From the NCBI GenBank assembly GCA_950097015.1, contig CATNEN010000003.1, forward strand, positions 9,610,001 to 9,674,000: 64,000 nt of DNA. The letters are read 5' to 3'. Positions within the stretch are counted from its first letter, which is position 1; each line of letters opens with the position of its first letter. The translations under genes were made by a program, and so were the position numbers. The notes below the pieces were generated by a model. That model ran no database searches, was not told the DNA's origin, and saw nothing but the letters and a program-made list of their open reading frames with translations. This document shows, in pieces, positions 15,001 through 26,705 of the stretch. The stretch is from Macrostomum hystrix. Taxonomy: Eukaryota > Animalia > Platyhelminthes.

Positions 15001-16956
15001 TTGTGAAGTGCAGGCTTCAGCGGAGCGGGCTGATGGCAATGTTCAGATAATGGAGCAAAAGACAGTAGCCATTCAAAGTGACGTCAAAGCAGCTGTGAGT
15101 ACAAAATCCGTGGACACCACCTACAGCATCCGCGTTTTAGACGAAGAAATTCAAGCTTCTAAGGAGTATAGCGAATCGGCAGTCCGAATTCAGGAGGAGA
15201 CTGCAATCACAGAAACAGCGGATGCTTCGACTTTGTACAGTCTGCGCACATGCTATGGCGAAGCTCAAGTTTCTAAAGATTATGCCGAGAATGGCCTGCA
15301 AATAAAGGAAGCCAAGATTGAGTCCATCCACAGTGGCATTAAGACTGAGGTAGGTGCCAGATCAGTGGAGACCGCGTATTCCTTGCGTCTATCTGACCAA
15401 CTGTCTCAGGTGTCAATAGATATGAGCCACGCGAGCGTCCGTGTCGCTGAAGAACATGTTCAGACATTGGAAAGTGGTTTCAAGACACAGAGCAATTTGA
15501 GGTCAACCGATTCGCTGTATAATGTTCTAACCGAGCATAGCGCCTGTCAGATTTCAAAAGAGTTCGTCAATTTCGGTATTCACGCCAAAGAGGACCGTCA
15601 GTCAAAGCTTGTGGCGGTTGAAAGCGGCATGAAAGCGAAGGTCGCTGCCATCGCCAACAGCCAGATGCAAGCGACAGTTCGTCTGGTAGGCTCAAACATA
15701 CACTTCCAAGAGAAACCGGTTCTAAAGTTGCACACCGGGACAGAGACGATGCCAGATGTTTCTGTGTCAAAGGCAGCTTTTAAATCGGACTCTCAAAGCA
15801 AAGCTACTCAGATTGTGAAGGGTGATTTTATTCAAATTGAAGAATTCGCCATGCAACAAACGACTCAAAGACTTGAGTATGCCTTGCCCAAACTCAACAA
15901 GTCAAGCCAGACAGACGAACTACTATCTTTAATCTCTGGTCAACCCGAGGGACATCAAGAGCTGAGGGAAGCGGGAGTGACCTTTGTGGCTCCATCGAAG
16001 GTGGTCAGCTGCCAGATGAGCGTGCCGGTTGTAGAGAACGGAATCTTCCGAACTACTTCTAATCGCACACTATCAACCCAGGTCGAAGCGCTGGACATTC
16101 CTGACGCTCCTGTTCTTTCTCCTACGCGCCGACACGGCAGCCATCGCCATTCAATGTCTAGAGATACTGGCAGTCTAATTGAACTCAAATCGAAAGACCA
16201 GATTTTCCGGTACGCTCCGAAATTCGCCAACGCCCTTGTGAGCACTTCGTCGCGAGCGAGAGACACAGGCTCCGCTCACTCTCAGCTTCCACCTGCAGGA
16301 GACCAATCTCAGGAGAAGCTCCTGACCGGTGCTAGAACCTCGGATGTATTCCCGCCGCGCCACGGCTTTGTGGTAACGGGTGCCAAGCCAAACCACTCGG
16401 AGGAGGCGCAGGTACGTCAGCTGACTGGAAGACGCGACGCATCGTGCGGCACGGACACTCGAGGCCTGGTTGACTCGGCGCATAAGCAGATCCGAGTGCG
16501 CCCAGATTGCTACGAAGCCAGTGTGCGTACTGCTTCTGCTTCAGATGATCTGTGGCAGCAGCAGCAGCCGCAGCAGCAGCAGCAACAGCATCAGGAGCCA
16601 AGGCGCACCCTTGAATCTGTACTCGCCATCACCGATGCGGATGTCATCGACCGCGTTCGGTCCAGCGGTTCTCCGCAGCTGCGATCCGCCCTGCTGCGGT
16701 TGCTTCGACCGCCGACTTATGACGCCACAGTCAACGCCAAACCTGCCGATGCCGCACAACTGGAGCTTCAGCAGCCGCAGATGCTGCAGCAGTACCAGCG
16801 ACCATCACCAACGTTTGCCTCCTACGTTCAACGACATCGAATTGAGGAGGCTAGCTGCCAGACAGACCGACTGACCGAAGCCGACTTTGAAGCCTGGGCA
16901 TCGCAGAGCCTTGGTCGACCAGTTCGCATTGGTCGCGAGCTGCCAGAAGAGTCGCG
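2..16956 (+). CDS. Giant exon (5' truncated by window) of a >5,700-aa acidic, low-complexity repeat protein with very many TQT/xQT (LC8-binding-like) motifs
   Basis: Stop-free frame of ~17 kb. The frame is already open at nt 2 (GCC AAG CTG ATG = AKLM, matching the internal repeat start PKLMRDS), so the ATG at 11 is probably internal. Donor CG|GTGAGT at 16956/16957 lies just before the ORF's TGA. Confidence 0.9.
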
Positions 16957-17042
16957 GTGAGTTCTTTAAATATTAATTACTTTTTCACCTGATTTATGAT
17001 TCTCGAGACAATTCTTAAAATAAATAACTTGTCTTCATTCAG

Positions 17043-17093
17043 CGGCATTGAGCTATTATACGTGCCAAGCAGGAGCCACCTGTACAAGAGCCG
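17043..17093 (+). CDS. Penultimate 51-nt exon of the giant gene (GIELLYVPSRSHLYKS)
   Basis: ttcattcAG acceptor (17041-17042), GTAAAC donor at 17094; phase 2 to phase 2, keeps the frame open. Confidence 0.75.
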
Positions 17094-17405
17094 GTAAACT
17101 AACACGCTGCTAAATCAGATTTTTATTTAAATATATTTAAGTATTTTTTATCCAGCGAACCAATTGAATGCTTTTTAACTATTGGCTATCATGCACAGAG
17201 TCGATATGCTAAAGTTGGCAATCATAGTGCACTTTTGACCTATCTATGAGTATTATACGCTCGTGTATAATTGATAGTAACCGACTTTCTAATTGTTTAC
17301 TTGCAATTTCTTATTGAAAAAGTGTATTCCTACGAATTACTTCGATACACGATAATAGTTGAGCGAAAATCTGTTCCACTATTTTCGCTTCAAACTCGTC
17401 CGCAG

Positions 17406-17619
17406 ATCGCAGCCGGGACAACAGCAGATTCTGGAGATGGACATCGACAAGGTTGTGGATCCGGAGAGTCGACTGCCGCTAAAGCCAGCCGTTGCCATCC
17501 GGCTGCAGGTTCTGACTAGCGACTGTGGTCACTACAAGCTGGCTGATGGCTCCTTCATCACCTCAGCGGAGGCTGTTGAGCGCGGATTGATAGTTTTGCG
17601 ATCAACTCGCCGGCATTGA
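17406..17619 (+). CDS. Last exon of the giant gene; plakin/plectin-repeat-like motif pair (VVDPESRLPLKPAVAIRLQVL / ADGSFITSAEAVERGLI)
   Basis: cgtccgcAG acceptor (17404-17405), phase 2 consistent, TGA at 17617-17619; resembles plectin repeat consensus IIDPxTGxxLSxxEAxxRGLI. Confidence 0.75.
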
Positions 17620-19597
17620 TTGACAGCCCGATCGTTATTTATTATCAACTCGAAATTCCACATATATTTTTGTGACTGATTAATTAGTGTACCATTCGTT
17701 TATAAAACCTTTGTCGTTTGTCGTGTCTCTTGTTTTGGTAACAGTAACAGTATTTCTTATATTGCACTCGTAGTTGTGTCAATGCTGTGTGATTAATTAT
17801 GCTACGAATGGAATTTCAATGAGAAAAGCCTTTTTAACACCCAAAAATATTCAACACTGAAAAAAACTACAAACTTTCCTACTTTTTTTTCAGAAAACAC
17901 AAACTAAATATTAAATACAGGCTTTTTTCAATATGCTTCTGTCAAAAGAGTTTTGTTATAATTAGTTTATTTTATTGAATAGATCGCTAACTTGTCTAAC
18001 AAATCGAATCTTATAGTTTTTCTCATCGGTGATTAACGCCACTTTTTTCAGGTCGGATTTTCTCGAACCATGGAAAATTATTTTTGTGTATGAAACATTT
18101 TTACCTATATGTTGCAACAAATATTTATATTTTTTTGTGCTCAAACATAGATTTAAACCATATACTTCATGAATTTTATGTTTGTTTGTTTTTTCTCAAG
18201 CCAAAATTCAAAATCTAAAAAAACTTTTACTTGTTAATCTGTGATCGAACACGAGCCTTGAACTTTGAACTAAATTTGTTAGTTTTCTATTTACACCTGA
18301 ATATAAAAGAACTTTATAAAATTTGAAAGGTCCAAATTTAAGCAGCTACAATGCTTACCAAGTCAAAATCTTTTTAGTTCATCATTTACATTGTTATTTT
18401 CCGATAATTTAATATAGACAAAGTTTTTGTTTAATAATGCTATAATTAAAAAAACCTTTCAGCTACTTCTGTCCAAAGTACTCTACTTTAAGTAGACAGT
18501 GAGGTGCCGTTTGTTAAGACAGTTGGTTATTGTAGTCAATGGAGAAAAAAAATGGTTGAATTTCAAAATGTTTAGGCAAAGGAATCGAGAAAATGACACA
18601 AGATTCAATTTTGATTGTGTTATGTGCTGTGCGCTTTTCAGCAATGACGGCAATTCAATAAAGGTGTGAACGGTACACACAACAAGAGGTGGTCTTCTTA
18701 ACGGAAAAAATGCGTTTACAATTCAAGCATGAATGATTTGTGCAGGGACTGACACAGGACTAGCACAAAATTTTGCCAGTATTTTTTCAACAAGCTTTTC
18801 AAAGCTGAAGCAACGGATGTGTCGCCGATGCAGCTCTGAAAATGAATCAACTGCATAGAAGGAAGGAGGCTGTTAGATGCTCCTATGACGACACGTACGG
18901 TCAGTTAAGTAGTTAAAAAAATTAGTTGAATGAGTACATTTACTCGTACTTGTAGAGAGTAGGAAATCTGATTGATGCGATGTAATGCGAAGCGAAAAGA
19001 ACAGGTTTTCAGACTATCATGTCGAATCGTTCGTTAAATTCCATTCCTCCATATTTCTTATGTTTTATAAATTACTAGCAGTTATATTGTTTGTTATAGT
19101 TTTGTCGCCGCGTCATCACGGCCTGGTGGTAATTGTACTATTTGAATGTTGAACTAGTGTAATTAGAATAAAGGTACTCAACAGTATTGCAGAAAAAAGT
19201 AAGTAGTAAGCAATATAAAATTGTAGCAATTGACTTGAATCACAGAATTAGCGTCTTCATTTAAGCCTGTTAAGCCATAGACAAGTTTTCAAGCAACATC
19301 AGCGCACAATTTTAAATGTTGCGTGCTTTTATGAACTATAACAAACAGTTTAGCTGCTATAATGTGTTAAACTGTCAATTTTTTCAGTTACGTCATATTT
19401 TTTTCGACTTTTAAGCAAAAGTATTTAACGAATGCTTCTATTGGATGGCAGATTTTCAAACGTTAGAAATGACTAGATTCTGCCAGCGAAATATTTCATA
19501 CCATTTCGAACAGATAAGTTTGAATTCAGTCTTGGAAAACAAGGATTCTTTGATTGACAGCTACAGGTTTGGAAGGATTCAGGCCCCAAAGAACTCG

Positions 19598-20275
19598 TCA
19601 ACTCGGAGCTATCAGCGCTCCATCCTGCTGGCTGGAGTGGCTGCTTCGCCAGTACTGGAAGATGTCCTCGCAGGAGAGACACCTGGCGGGTCGCAGGCTT
19701 GTTGACGCTGAGCCTCGATGGTTGGGATTTGCTGGCAGATGAGTCGATTCGCGAGCTGGAACCCGCGACCCATTGCTGCCACCGCCGATGATGGAGCCAG
19801 TCGCTATCGACGCCAGATCTTCCGCATCCAACGGCGTCGAAGCTTCGACACTGTGCGGAAGTCGGGGAAGCTGGGCGGTACCGCCGTCCGAGATTGTCCA
19901 ACCGCTGCGCGACGGTAGCGGCTGACGTCGGGCGCGACGAGTCCAACGGTGACGCAACCAGCGCGATTTGCCAATCTTGTACAGGCCCAGCACCAGGGCC
20001 TGGATCATCTCGACCGACTCGAACAGGCCAACAATGCTGAGGCCCAGGTAGAGGCCTAGTAGGCCGCCAATGTCGGACATGAGCTGGGGAAACGGATACT
20101 CGGGGCTTTCAATCACTTTATCCGAAAAGATGCTGCGAGCGCGAATGTAGACATCTGAGCATTCGGACCGGAGCATGCTGCTGATGTTGTGCACAGAGAG
20201 GCTGCGAGATTCGTTCACGGCGTCCGCCTCCGTGAGGCTGGGGTCCTTGCGGAGCAGAACCTCCACTGCGATTTC
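19598..20275 (-). CDS. DEG/ENaC (ASIC/FaNaC-superfamily) sodium channel, exon 2 (TM2 and C-terminus)
   Basis: YPFPQLMSDIGGLLGLYLGLSIVGLFE is a DEG/ENaC TM2 with GxS filter; acceptor cttcAG at 20277-20276, phase 0 joins exon 1 (..HIRRQ|EIAVEV..). Confidence 0.9.
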   Translation of the reverse strand, partial: EIAVEVLLRKDPSLTEADAVNESRSLSVHNISSMLRSECSDVYIRARSIFSDKVIESPEYPFPQLMSDIGGLLGLYLGLSIVGLFESVEMIQALVLGLYKIGKSRWLRHRWTRRARRQPLPSRSGWTISDGGTAQLPRLPHSVEASTPLDAEDLASIATGSIIGGGSNGSRVPARESTHLPANPNHRGSASTSLRPARCLSCEDIFQYWRSSHSSQQDGALIAPS

Positions 20276-20400
20276 CTGAAGCAGGATTGCAATAATACAG
20301 GGAGGAAATTATGTAATGTACACATAAAACCATATAAAATTATTTTTTAGATTCGTTAGTTTTTTAAATCCTTTCAATCAGACCGCAGATATCTCGCGGT

Positions 20401-20616
20401 CCATCTGAAGGCTGCGTACGGCTGTTCAGTCCATGGACTGGTGAGACACCACACCCACCCTTAATTACGCCATTTAACAGCTGGGTGGACTGAAGCAACG
20501 CAGAGTTAAGTGTCTTGCTAAAGGACACACTGTTCTGGTGGAGTCGGGAATCGAACTCAAGACCTTCAAGTCGTGAGTCCGGCGCTCTAATCACTAGGCC
20601 AACAGCCTACAACCTC
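20401..20616 (-). mobile_element. tRNA-derived CORE-type SINE, copy 1 (ENaC intron)
   Basis: A-box TGGCCTAGTGA, B-box GAGTTCGATTC, CORE-like TGTGTCCTTTAGCAAGACACTTAAC..CAGTCCACCCAGCTGTTAAATGG; homologous to copies at 40.4 and 63.0 kb. Confidence 0.85.
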
Positions 20617-20680
20617 CACAAAAGGTACAAACGTATGGAGGCAGGTAGAATACTGTGTAACATGTAGAATAGACTCCTTT

Positions 20681-21065
20681 CTAACAGGTATATTCGTGTC
20701 TAACAGGTATATTCGTGTCTAACAGGTATATTCGTGTCTAACAGGTATATTCGTGTCTAACAGGTATATTCGTGTCTAACAGGTATATTCGTGTCTAACA
20801 GGTATATTCGTGTCTAACAGGTATATTCGTGTCTAACAGGTATATTCGTGTCTAACAGGTATATTCGTGTCTAACAGGTATATTCGTGTCTAACAGGTAT
20901 ATTCGTGTCTAACAGGTATATTCGTGTCTAACAGGTATATTCGTGTCTAACAGGTAGAATCGTGTAGAATCGTGTCTACCAGGTTCACTCCTTTCTAACA
21001 GGTAGAATCGTGTAGAATCGTGTCTATCAGGTTCACTCCTTTCTAACAGATAGAATCGGGCCTAA
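20681..21065. repeat. 19-bp minisatellite (CTAACAGGTATATTCGTGT), ~14 near-perfect copies plus degenerate tail
   Basis: direct tandem repetition. Confidence 0.95.
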
Positions 21066-21538
21066 CGAGTACTAGCGCCTACTATCTAACAGGTCTGACA
21101 GTCTACCAGTTCTATCAGGTTGAATCCGTGTTTTTATTGGACAAGTTTAATATTATTCGAGTCACAAGATCAGAGATAACAAAGTATGACAGTTTCACTG
21201 AATTTAAATTTTCTCTTTCGATATGAATTTTACTGTGCAGTTCGGTAGAATATTTCCGAGGCTATAGAATTTCATTGCCTTAGGAAATCGGATATGACTG
21301 ATACTGACTGAATATTGAGATTGGCTTAGAAATCAAATTTGGAGACAAGTGCGTGTACACAAGCAACCGCTGATGCGGGTTCCACGACGCCGATTCTGAC
21401 TTTGTGTGTTCGATTGCTGAACTGAATGACTTAAATCACTTTTATTTGTCAAAGTTTATCGTTAATTAATGTGACATTCAAATTTTCCTTAGACTTTACA
21501 GAAGCATAAAGTACAATCACAGTCTCCATAGACATATG

Positions 21539-21915
21539 CTCAGAGACAGACCCTCAAGGACAGACACTCAAAGACAGACACTCAAAGACAGATACTCAAA
21601 GACAGACACTCAAAGACAGACACTTAAAGACAGACACTCAAAGACAGATACTCAAAGACAGACACTCAAAGACAGACACTCAAAGACAGATACTCAAAGA
21701 CAGACACTCAAAGACAGACACTTAAAGACAGACACTCATAGACAGACACTCAAAGACAGATACTCAAAGACAGACACTCAAAGACAGATACTCAAAGACA
21801 GATACTTAAGGACAGATACTCAAAGACAGATACTCAGAGACATACTCAAAGACAGACACTCAAAGACAGATACTCATAGACAGACACTCAAAGATACACT
21901 TTTAGACAGACCTTA
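21539..21915. repeat. 14-bp minisatellite (CTCAAAGACAGACA)
   Basis: direct tandem repetition; explains ORF 21536..21916. Confidence 0.95.
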
Positions 21916-22559
21916 AAAGACAAACGTGGGAAAGACAGACCCGCAGAGACACAATATAGAGGCAGACTGAAAGACAGACACAATAAATAATACAATTTTA
22001 TAGCAGACACTAGAAAGGAAAAAGTCTTTAAGGACATTCGCATAAACTGTCACTCACTAGACAATGACAGAACGGTCATCAACCAAAGGGCACTGCTTAG
22101 GCTACAGAAATAATAAGCAGCTTAATCAGATAAATGATACCAAGGTCAGAATATCAAGTACCACATTTTGTCAATCGGAAATCAGTCTTTAAGAAAACAA
22201 ACTTTATAATTTATTTAGCACCAGACTCAGGCATCTAAGAAGTTGGTTTTATTTGTACTTTTTATAGTACAACTTGCTTCTCTTGGTAAGAAAAAAAATT
22301 TTAGATTGATAAGATTTTTTGAATGAGAGCAGATGGATGGGATTTGAAGAAGACAGTATATAGATAAGATTTAGTGAAGAGAAGTAGACAGACCAGATTT
22401 CGCGGAAGGGAGTAGATAGATGAGAAATAGGCCGGAGAGATTAAATAGAGGAAAAATTGGGAAGAGAGTAGATGTAGGAGATTTTGGGGAAGAGAGTAGA
22501 TGTAGGAGATTTTGGGGAAGAGCCAAGATAGGAGATTTTGGGGATGATAGTACTCGTAG

Positions 22560-25500
22560 ATAAATGAGAAATAGGGAAGAGGGTAGTAGATCGAGGAGAA
22601 ATAGGGAAGAGAGTAGTAGATCGAGGAGAAATGGGGAAGAGAGTAGTAGATTGAGGAGAAATGGGGAAGAGAGTAGTAGATCGAGGAGAAATGGGGAAGA
22701 GAGTAGTAGATCGAGGAGAAATAGGGAAGAGAGTAGTAGATCGAGGAGAAATAGGGAAGAGAGTAGTAGATCGAGGAGAAATAGGGAAGAGAGTAGTAGA
22801 TTGAGGAGAAATGGGGAAGAGAGTAGTAGATCGAGGAGAAATGGGGGAGAGAGTAGTAGATCGAGGAGAAATGGGAAAGAGAGTAGTAGATCGAGGAGAA
22901 ATAGGGAAGAGGGTAGTAGATCGAGGAGAAATAGGGAAGAGGGTAGTAGATCGAGGAGAAATAGGGAAGAGAGTAGTAGATCGAGGAGAAATAGGGAAGA
23001 GAGTAGTAGATCGAGGAGAAATAGGGAAGAGAGTAGTAGATCGAGGAGAAATAGGGAAGAGAGTAGTAGATCGACGAGAAATGGGGGAGAGAGTAGTAGA
23101 TCGAGGAGAAATAGGGAAGAGAGTAGTAGATCGAGGAGAAATAGGGAAGAGAGTAGTAGATCGAGGAGAAATAGGGAAGAGAGTAGTAGATCGAGGAGAA
23201 ATGGGGGAGAGAGTAGTAGATCGAGGAGAAATAGGGAAGAGAGTAGTAGATCGACGAGAAATGGGGGAGTGAGTAGTAGATCGAGGAGAAATGGGGGAGA
23301 GAGTAGTAGATTGAGGAGAAATGGGGAAGAGAGTAGTAGATCGAGGAGAAATGGGGGAGAGAGTAGTAGATCGAGGAGAAATAGGGAAGAGAGTTGTAGA
23401 TCGAGGAGAAATAGGGAAGAGAGTAGTAGATCGAGGAGAAATAGGGAAGAGAGTAGTAGATCGAGGAGAAATGGGGAAGAGAGTAGTAGATCGAGGAGAA
23501 ATAGGGAAGAGAGTAGTAGATCGAGGAGAAATAGGGAAGAGAGTAGTAGATCGAGGAGAAATGGAGGAGAGAGTAGTAGATCGAGGAGAAATAGGGAAGA
23601 GAGTAGTAGATCGACGAGAAATGGGGGAGTGAGTAGTAGATCGAGGAGAAATAGGGAAGAGAGTAGTAGATCGAGGAGAAATAGGGACGAGAGTAGTAGA
23701 TCGAGGAGAAATAGGGACGAGAGTAGTAGATCGAGGAGAAATGGGGGAGAGAGTAGTAGATCGACTAGAAATGGGGGAGAGAGTAGTAGATAGAGGAGAA
23801 ATAGGGGAGAGAGTAGTAGATCGACTAGAAATGGGGGAGAGAGTAGTAGATAGAGGAGAAATAGGGGAGAGAGTAGTAGATCGACTAGAAATGGGGGAGA
23901 GAGTAGTAGATAGAGGAGAAATAGGGGAGAGAGTAGTAGATCGAGGAGAAATGGGGGAGAGAGTAGTAGATCGAGGAGAAATAGGGAAGAGAGTAGTAGA
24001 TCGACGAGAAATGGGGGAGTGAGTAGTAGATCGAGGAGAAATGGGGGAGAGAGTAGTAGATTGAGGAGAAATGGGGAAGAGAGTAGTAGATCGAGGAGAA
24101 ATGGGGGAGAGAGTAGTAGATCGAGGAGAAATAGGGAAGAGAGTTGTAGATCGAGGAGAAATAGGGAAGAGAGTAGTAGATCGAGGAGAAATAGGGAAGA
24201 GAGTAGTAGATCGAGGAGAAATGGGGAAGAGAGTAGTAGATCGAGGAGAAATAGGGAAGAGAGTAGTAGATCGAGGAGAAATAGGGAAGAGAGTAGTAGA
24301 TCGAGGAGAAATGGAGGAGAGAGTAGTAGATCGAGGAGAAATAGGGAAGAGAGTAGTAGATCGACGAGAAATGGGGGAGTGAGTAGTAGATCGAGGAGAA
24401 ATAGGGAAGAGAGTAGTAGATCGAGGAGAAATAGGGACGAGAGTAGTAGATCGAGGAGAAATAGGGACGAGAGTAGTAGATCGAGGAGAAATGGGGGAGA
24501 GAGTAGTAGATCGACTAGAAATGGGGGAGAGAGTAGTAGATAGAGGAGAAATAGGGGAGAGAGTAGTAGATCGACTAGAAATGGGGGAGAGAGTAGTAGA
24601 TAGAGGAGAAATAGGGGAGAGAGTAGTAGATCGACTAGAAATGGGGGAGAGAGTAGTAGATAGAGGAGAAATAGGGGAGAGAGTAGTAGATCGACTAGAA
24701 ATGGGGGAGAGAGTAGTAGATAGAGGAGAAATAGGGAAGAGAGTAGTAGATCGAGAAGAAATAGGGAAGAGAGTAGTAGATAGAGGAGAAATAGGGAAGA
24801 GAGTAGTAGATAGAGGAGAAATAGGGAAGAGAGTAGTAGATCGAGGAGAAATAGGGAAGAGAGTAGTAGATCGACGAGAAATGGGGGATAGAGTAGTAGA
24901 TCGAGGAGAAATAGGGAAGAGAGTAGTAGATCGAGGAGAAATAGGGAAGAGAGTAGTAGATCGACGAGAAATGGGGGATAGAGTAGTAGATCGAGGAGAA
25001 ATGGGGAAGAGAGTTGTAGATCGAGGAGAAATAGGGAAGAGAGTAGTAGATCGAGGAGAAATGGGGGAGTAGTAGATCGAGGAGAAATAGGAAAGAGAGT
25101 AGTAGATCGAGGAGAAATAGGGAAGAGAGTAGTAGATCGAGAAGAAATAGGGAAGAGAGTAGTAGATCGAGAAGAAATAGGGAAGAGAGTAGTAGATAGA
25201 GGAGAAATAGGGAAGAGAGTAGTAGATCGAGGAGAAATAGGGAAGAGAGTAGTAGATCGACGAGAAATGGGGGATAGAGTAGTAGATCGAGGAGAAATAG
25301 GGAAGAGAGTAGTAGATCGAGGAGAAATAGGGAAGAGAGTAGTAGATCGACGAGAAATGGGGGATAGAGTAGTAGATCGAGGAGAAATGGGGAAGAGAGT
25401 TGTAGATCGAGGAGAAATAGGGAAGAGAGTAGTAGATCGAGAAGAAATAGGGAAGAGAGTAGTAGATCGAGAAGAAATAGGGAAGAGAGTAGTAGATAGA

Positions 25501-26705
25501 GGAGAAATAGGGAAGAGAGTAGTAGATCGAGGAGAAATAGGGAAGAGAGTAGTAGATCGACGAGAAATGGGGGATAGAGTAGTAGATCGAGGAGAAATAG
25601 GGAAGAGAGTAGTAGATCGAGGAGAAATAGGGAAGAGAGTAGTAGATCGACGAGAAATGGGGGATAGAGTAGTAGATCGAGGAGAAATGGGGAAGAGAGT
25701 TGTAGATCGAGGAGAAATAGGGAAGAGAGTAGTAGATCGACGAGAAATGGGGGAGAGAGTAGTAGATCGAGGAGAAATGGGGGAGAGAGTAGTAGATCGA
25801 GGAGAAATGGGGGAGAGAGTAGTAGATCGAGGAGAAATAGGGAAGAGAGTAGTAGATCGAGGAGAAATAGGGAAGAGAGTAGTAGATCGACGAGAAATGG
25901 GGGAGAGAGTAGTAGATCGAGGAGAAATGGGGGAGAGAGTAGTAGATCGAGGAGAAATGGGGGAGAGAGTAGTAGATCGAGGAGAAATAGGGAAGAGAGT
26001 AGTAGATGGAGGAGAAATAGAGAAGAGAGTAGTAGATCGAGGAGAAATGGGGGAGAGAGTAGTAGATCGAGGAGAAATGGGGGAGAGAGTAGTAGATCGA
26101 GGAGAAATAGGGAAGAGAGTAGTAGATGGAGGAGAAATAGAGAAGAGAGTAGTAGATCGAGGAGAAATGGGGGATAGAGTAGTAGATCGAGGAGAAATGG
26201 GGAAGAGAGTAGTAGATCGAGGAGAAATAGGGAAGAGAGTAGTAGATTGAGGAGAAATGGGGGAGAGAGTAGTAGATCGAGGAGAAATGGGGAAGAGAGT
26301 AGTAGATGGAGGAGAAATAGGGAAGAGAGTAGTAGATCGACGAGAAATGGGGGAGAGAGTAGTAGATCGAGGAGAAATAGGGAAGAGAGTAGTAGATTGA
26401 GGAGAAATAGGGGGAGAGTAGTAGGTCGAGGAGAAATGGGGGGAGAGAGTAGTAGATCGAGGAGAAATAGGGAAGAGAGTAGTAGATCGAGGAGAAATAG
26501 GGAAGAGAGTAGTAGATCGAGGAGAAATAGGGAAGAGAGTAGTAGATCGAGGAGAAATGGGGGAGAGAGTAGTAGATCGAGGAGAAATAGGGAAGAGAGT
26601 AGTAGATCGAGGAGAAATAGGGAAGAGAGTAGTAGATCGAGGAGAAATAGGGAAGAGAGTAGTAGATCGACGAGAAATGGGGGAGAGAGTAGTAGATAAA
26701 TGAGA
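22560..26705. repeat. 30-bp purine-rich minisatellite (TCGAGGAGAAATAGGGAAGAGAGTAGTAGA), ~4.1 kb, with higher-order duplications
   Basis: exact 30-nt period; source of spurious ORFs 22371..26833. Confidence 0.97.

Noticed and set aside
427-16874. Many short alternative-frame and antisense ORFs inside the giant exon (likewise inside pol)
   Set aside because: Shadow ORFs of long coding sequence with no recognisable motifs.
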